9,446 nt of DNA from Candidatus Iainarchaeum sp. (GTDB lineage: Archaea; Iainarchaeota; Iainarchaeia; Iainarchaeales; 0-14-0-20-30-16), in assembly GCA_903916665.1 (NCBI GenBank), contig CAIWXP010000164.1:1-9446 (forward strand), given 5' to 3'. The position numbers were made by a program, and so were the translations under genes. How positions within the stretch are numbered: position 1 is the first letter of the stretch; each line of letters opens with the position of its first letter. Below the pieces are notes generated by a model. That model was not told where the DNA came from, searched no databases, and saw only the letters and a list, made by a program, of their open reading frames with translations. This document shows positions 6,785-9,446 of the stretch, piece by piece.

Positions 6785-9097
6785 ATGAAATTTGAAGATA
6801 TGAAGTTTAGCGATAAGCTACACAAAGCAATAAAAGAAATGAATTACGAAACCCCAACAGAAGTACAGGAACAATCAATTCCTTTGGTTATTGAAGGACA
6901 CAATTTAATTTGTAAAAGTTTTACAGGTTCTGGAAAAACTGCAGCATTTGGTATTGGAATAAGTGAAAGATTATTAAACGGAAAATCTCACGGTGTTTTA
7001 ATTATTGGGCCAACTAGAGAATTAGTAGTTCAAGTTAAAGAAGAAGTTCATAAAATAAATAGATACTCAGGATTAAAAGTTAGTGTTGTCTATGGTGGAC
7101 ATGGAATGATGCCAGAAGTTCAAGCACTAAGAAAAGGAGTAGATATTTTATGTGCTACACCAGGAAGATTGTTGGATCATATAAAACAAGGAATTATTAA
7201 AAGAGATTTTTTTGATACTGTTGTTTTAGATGAAGCAGATAGAATGTTAGATATGGGTTTTGTTGAAGACCTAAATAAAATTATGGAATTTTTTAAACCA
7301 AAAAACACATTATTATTTTCTGCAACATTGGAACAAGAAATTGTAAAATTAATTCATAAATATATTCCTAATTATAAAGAAGTAATGATTAAAACTGAAA
7401 TAGTTGGAGAAAATATTATTGAAAAGAAAATAGAAATGAGACCTCAGGACAAATTTTTATATTTATTAGAGATTGTAAAAAAAGCAGAAGGTAAAAGAGT
7501 TTTAGTTTTTGTTTCAACAAAAAGAGAAGCTGAAAATGTTGAAAGAAAATTAGCAAAATCAGGATTCTTTGCATCAAGTATTCACGGGGATAAAAGTCAA
7601 AAATTTAGAGAAATGGCATTGAAAGATTTTAAATCTGGAAAAGTGAGTATAATGGTTGCAACGGATGTTGCTGCTCGTGGTTTACAAATTGATAATGTTG
7701 AATTTGTTGTAAACTATGATATTGCAAGAGATAAAGATACTCATAAACATAGAATTGGAAGAACTGGAAGAATGGGTGCAACAGGTTATGCAATAACATT
7801 TATGACTGGCGAAGAAATGTTTCGTGATGATAGAAAACGTGGTGGAAGAAGACCTACAAGAAGTCAACACAGCATTGATAGTAATACAACAAATATTTGG
7901 GATCAAACTAGAAGACCAAGAAGTTTTGAACGAAATAGATTTGGCGCAGATAGGTCAAGTAATAGTAGAGCTGGAAGAAGTGAATTTAGAAAAAGTTTTG
8001 ATGCAGAAAAACCCGCAACAGAACATTCTGAAGCACCAGTTAAACATGTTCATGAACACACTGCTGAACAAATTGAAAAAACAACTTTTAAAATTGAACC
8101 AAGAGTTGAAAATAAAGTTGAACACAAATCAGAACATCATGTTGAACAGGTAAAAGAACATAGAGAACCTAAAGCAGAAAATGTTATGATTCATTTAGAA
8201 AAACATAAAATCGAATTTGTTGAACCTAAAGATGATCATAAAGTTGAACATATTAAAGAACATAGAACTGAGGTACAAAAAGCTGAAGTTCATGAAAAAT
8301 ATAAATTAGAACATCACGTTGAACACACAGCAGAATCAACTGAAACTGAAAGACCAAAGAGAAGTTTTGAAGATAGATCAAGAAGAGACTCAGAAGATAG
8401 AGGCCCACCAAGAAGATCATTTGATGATAAACCAAGATTTGGTTCAAGAGATGGCCCAAGAAGAGATTTTGGAGATAGAGGTCCACCAAGAAGATCATTT
8501 GGTGACAAACCAAGATTTGGTTCAAGGGACGGTCCAAGAAGCGAATCAGGGGATAGCGATAGACCAAGAAGAAGTTTTGGTGATAAACCTAGATTTGGCT
8601 CAAGAGATGGTCCAAGAAGGGATTCTGGAGATAGAGGTCCACCAAGAAGAAGTTTTGGTGATAAACCTAGATTTGGCTCAAGAGATGGTCCAAGAGATGG
8701 CCCAAGAAAGAGCTTTGGTGATGATGATAAACCTAAATTTGGAAGAGACAGGCCTAGAAGAGATTTTGGGAATAGAGACGGCCCAAAATTTGGAAGAGAT
8801 AGACCAAGAGTAGGTCAAAGTAAATTTGATAGTTCAGATAAATCTACAGGTTTTGAAAAAAGAACCTACCAAGCTGGTGGAGATAGAGATAAGGAAAGAA
8901 AACCTAGCTCTAAAGAAGCAAAAGGTCCTTTTGTTCCAAAAAGTTTTAGAAGAGATAAAGACTATATGAGTTCTCGTCCTGAGTATAGTGGAGATAAAAC
9001 AAAAAAAGCAGACTCTACTAAAAAGAAAGAACCTCATAGAAATGTTAAGACTGGAAAGAACGCAAAGTTCCAAGGTAGATTTCCAAGAAAAATATAA
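6785..9097 (+). CDS. DEAD-box ATP-dependent RNA helicase with a 425-aa low-complexity C-terminal extension
   Basis: All core motifs are present: Q (TPTEVQ), I (TGSGKT), Ia (PTRELVVQ), Ib (TPGRL), II (DEAD at 7229-7240), III (SAT), V (ATDVAARGL) and VI (HRIGRTGRMG). AGGTGA SD lies 7 nt before the ATG. The core ends near aa 345 (about nt 7820). The rest is a basic, His-rich, repeat-rich tail. Confidence 0.9.
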   Translation: MKFEDMKFSDKLHKAIKEMNYETPTEVQEQSIPLVIEGHNLICKSFTGSGKTAAFGIGISERLLNGKSHGVLIIGPTRELVVQVKEEVHKINRYSGLKVSVVYGGHGMMPEVQALRKGVDILCATPGRLLDHIKQGIIKRDFFDTVVLDEADRMLDMGFVEDLNKIMEFFKPKNTLLFSATLEQEIVKLIHKYIPNYKEVMIKTEIVGENIIEKKIEMRPQDKFLYLLEIVKKAEGKRVLVFVSTKREAENVERKLAKSGFFASSIHGDKSQKFREMALKDFKSGKVSIMVATDVAARGLQIDNVEFVVNYDIARDKDTHKHRIGRTGRMGATGYAITFMTGEEMFRDDRKRGGRRPTRSQHSIDSNTTNIWDQTRRPRSFERNRFGADRSSNSRAGRSEFRKSFDAEKPATEHSEAPVKHVHEHTAEQIEKTTFKIEPRVENKVEHKSEHHVEQVKEHREPKAENVMIHLEKHKIEFVEPKDDHKVEHIKEHRTEVQKAEVHEKYKLEHHVEHTAESTETERPKRSFEDRSRRDSEDRGPPRRSFDDKPRFGSRDGPRRDFGDRGPPRRSFGDKPRFGSRDGPRSESGDSDRPRRSFGDKPRFGSRDGPRRDSGDRGPPRRSFGDKPRFGSRDGPRDGPRKSFGDDDKPKFGRDRPRRDFGNRDGPKFGRDRPRVGQSKFDSSDKSTGFEKRTYQAGGDRDKERKPSSKEAKGPFVPKSFRRDKDYMSSRPEYSGDKTKKADSTKKKEPHRNVKTGKNAKFQGRFPRKI
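8351..8812 (+). repeat. In-frame 78-bp (26-codon) tandem repeat array inside the helicase tail
   Basis: Units at 8405-8482, 8483-8560, 8561-8638 and 8639 to about 8704 encode PPRRSFGDKPRFGSRDGPRRDxGDRG variants. Degenerate partial units flank them at 8351-8404 and 8705-8812. Confidence 0.9.
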
Positions 9098-9110
9098 TTG
9101 TTAAATTGTA

Positions 9111-9149
9111 AAATGAGATTGAAAAATCTCATTTCTTTTTATTTTTTTT
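9111..9149 (+). terminator. Intrinsic-type terminator after the helicase gene
   Basis: Perfect 10-bp stem AAATGAGATT/AATCTCATTT with a GAAA loop (9111-9134), followed by CTTTTTATTTTTTTT. Confidence 0.75.
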
Positions 9150-9171
9150 ATTATCTAATTTTTTATTTTCA

Positions 9172-9393
9172 TTAAAATTCAGGTTCACGAATATTTTTTG
9201 TTATTGAAATTACTCTTCCAATACTTTCAAAAATTTCTCTTTCTGTTTTTCCAAATTCTTTTGCAATTATTATAATCTGTTTTCGTGTTAATTTAGTAAG
9301 ATTTATTTTACTAGATGTTATTCTTCTTTCAACAAAAAGCTTATTTTGATTTATATCTAACTAGATATGTTCTACTCTAGTTGGACTAAACAT
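9172..9393 (-). pseudogene. Small ORF interrupted by an in-frame TAG; possible degraded helix-turn-helix-like gene
   Basis: Hand translation of the minus strand gives MFSPTRVEHI-TAG-LDINQNKLFVERRITSSKINLTKLTRKQIIIIAKEFGKTEREIFESIGRVISITKNIREPEF-TAA. The 62-codon part after the TAG has no ATG, GTG or TTG start. The HTH resemblance is weak. Confidence 0.25.
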
Positions 9394-9446
9394 TCCAAAC
9401 TTAAACTTTAAACTTAAGCCAGCTTCAGCTTGAAGCTATTAAAGCC

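Noticed and set aside
8351-8812. Regularly spaced repeats considered as a possible CRISPR array
   Set aside because: The units are contiguous with no unique spacers, remain in frame within a long ORF, and encode a conserved peptide motif. No cas genes are present.
7682-9073. Six alternative-frame ORFs inside the helicase gene: 7824-8153 (+), 8319-8813 (+), 7682-7906 (-), 8253-8567 (-), 8314-8508 (-), 8834-9073 (-)
   Set aside because: The helicase tail is purine-rich and repetitive (AGA, GAT, AAA and GAA codons), so shifted frames rarely form T-initial stop codons. The 8319 ORF starts at TTG and has no SD, and its acidic repeat is only the frame-shifted image of the basic repeat. These are compositional artefacts unless ribosome profiling shows otherwise.
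9361-9363. In-frame TAG considered as evidence of stop-codon reassignment
   Set aside because: TAG terminates at least four well-supported genes in this window, with stops at 667-669, 1179-1181, 1666-1668 and 4504-4506.
9380-9446. Possible tRNA at the window edge (minus strand starts GGCTTTAATAGCTTCAAGCTGAAGCT)
   Set aside because: An acceptor and D-arm-like start can be drawn. However, there is no 7-nt anticodon loop with U33 and no TTC-containing T arm downstream.

Overview
The window is very AT-rich with short intergenic gaps and looks like chromosomal sequence from a small-genome prokaryote. I favour a DPANN-type archaeon. First genes of transcription units have a TATA-like box about 26-29 nt upstream of the ATG and no Shine-Dalgarno (SD) sequence. 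Internal genes carry GGAGG or AGGTG SD sites. The tRNA lacks an encoded CCA. The surface proteins are sequon-rich and anchored by a C-terminal TM helix. A CPR bacterium cannot be excluded from sequence alone. Layout: (1) + strand: a 5'-truncated membrane protein translationally coupled to a GGCT/AIG2-like protein. (2) - strand: tRNA-Cys(GCA) inside a 400-bp structured non-coding region that holds a duplicated promoter-plus-hairpin module. (3) - strand: a two-gene surface-protein operon (184 aa and 732 aa). (4) - strand: a ZIP metal permease overlapping a TerC/DUF475-like membrane protein. (5) + strand: mscL followed by a DEAD-box helicase. The helicase has a 345-aa core and a 425-aa low-complexity tail, consisting of a His/Glu/Lys-rich block and then 78-bp tandem repeats encoding an RSFGDKPRFGSRDGP motif. 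(6) A degenerate small ORF lies at the 3' edge. I see no CRISPR array, integrase, transposase or recognisable defence genes. The least explained elements are the duplicated RNA module around tRNA-Cys and the helicase tail. Neither can be called a new system from sequence alone.
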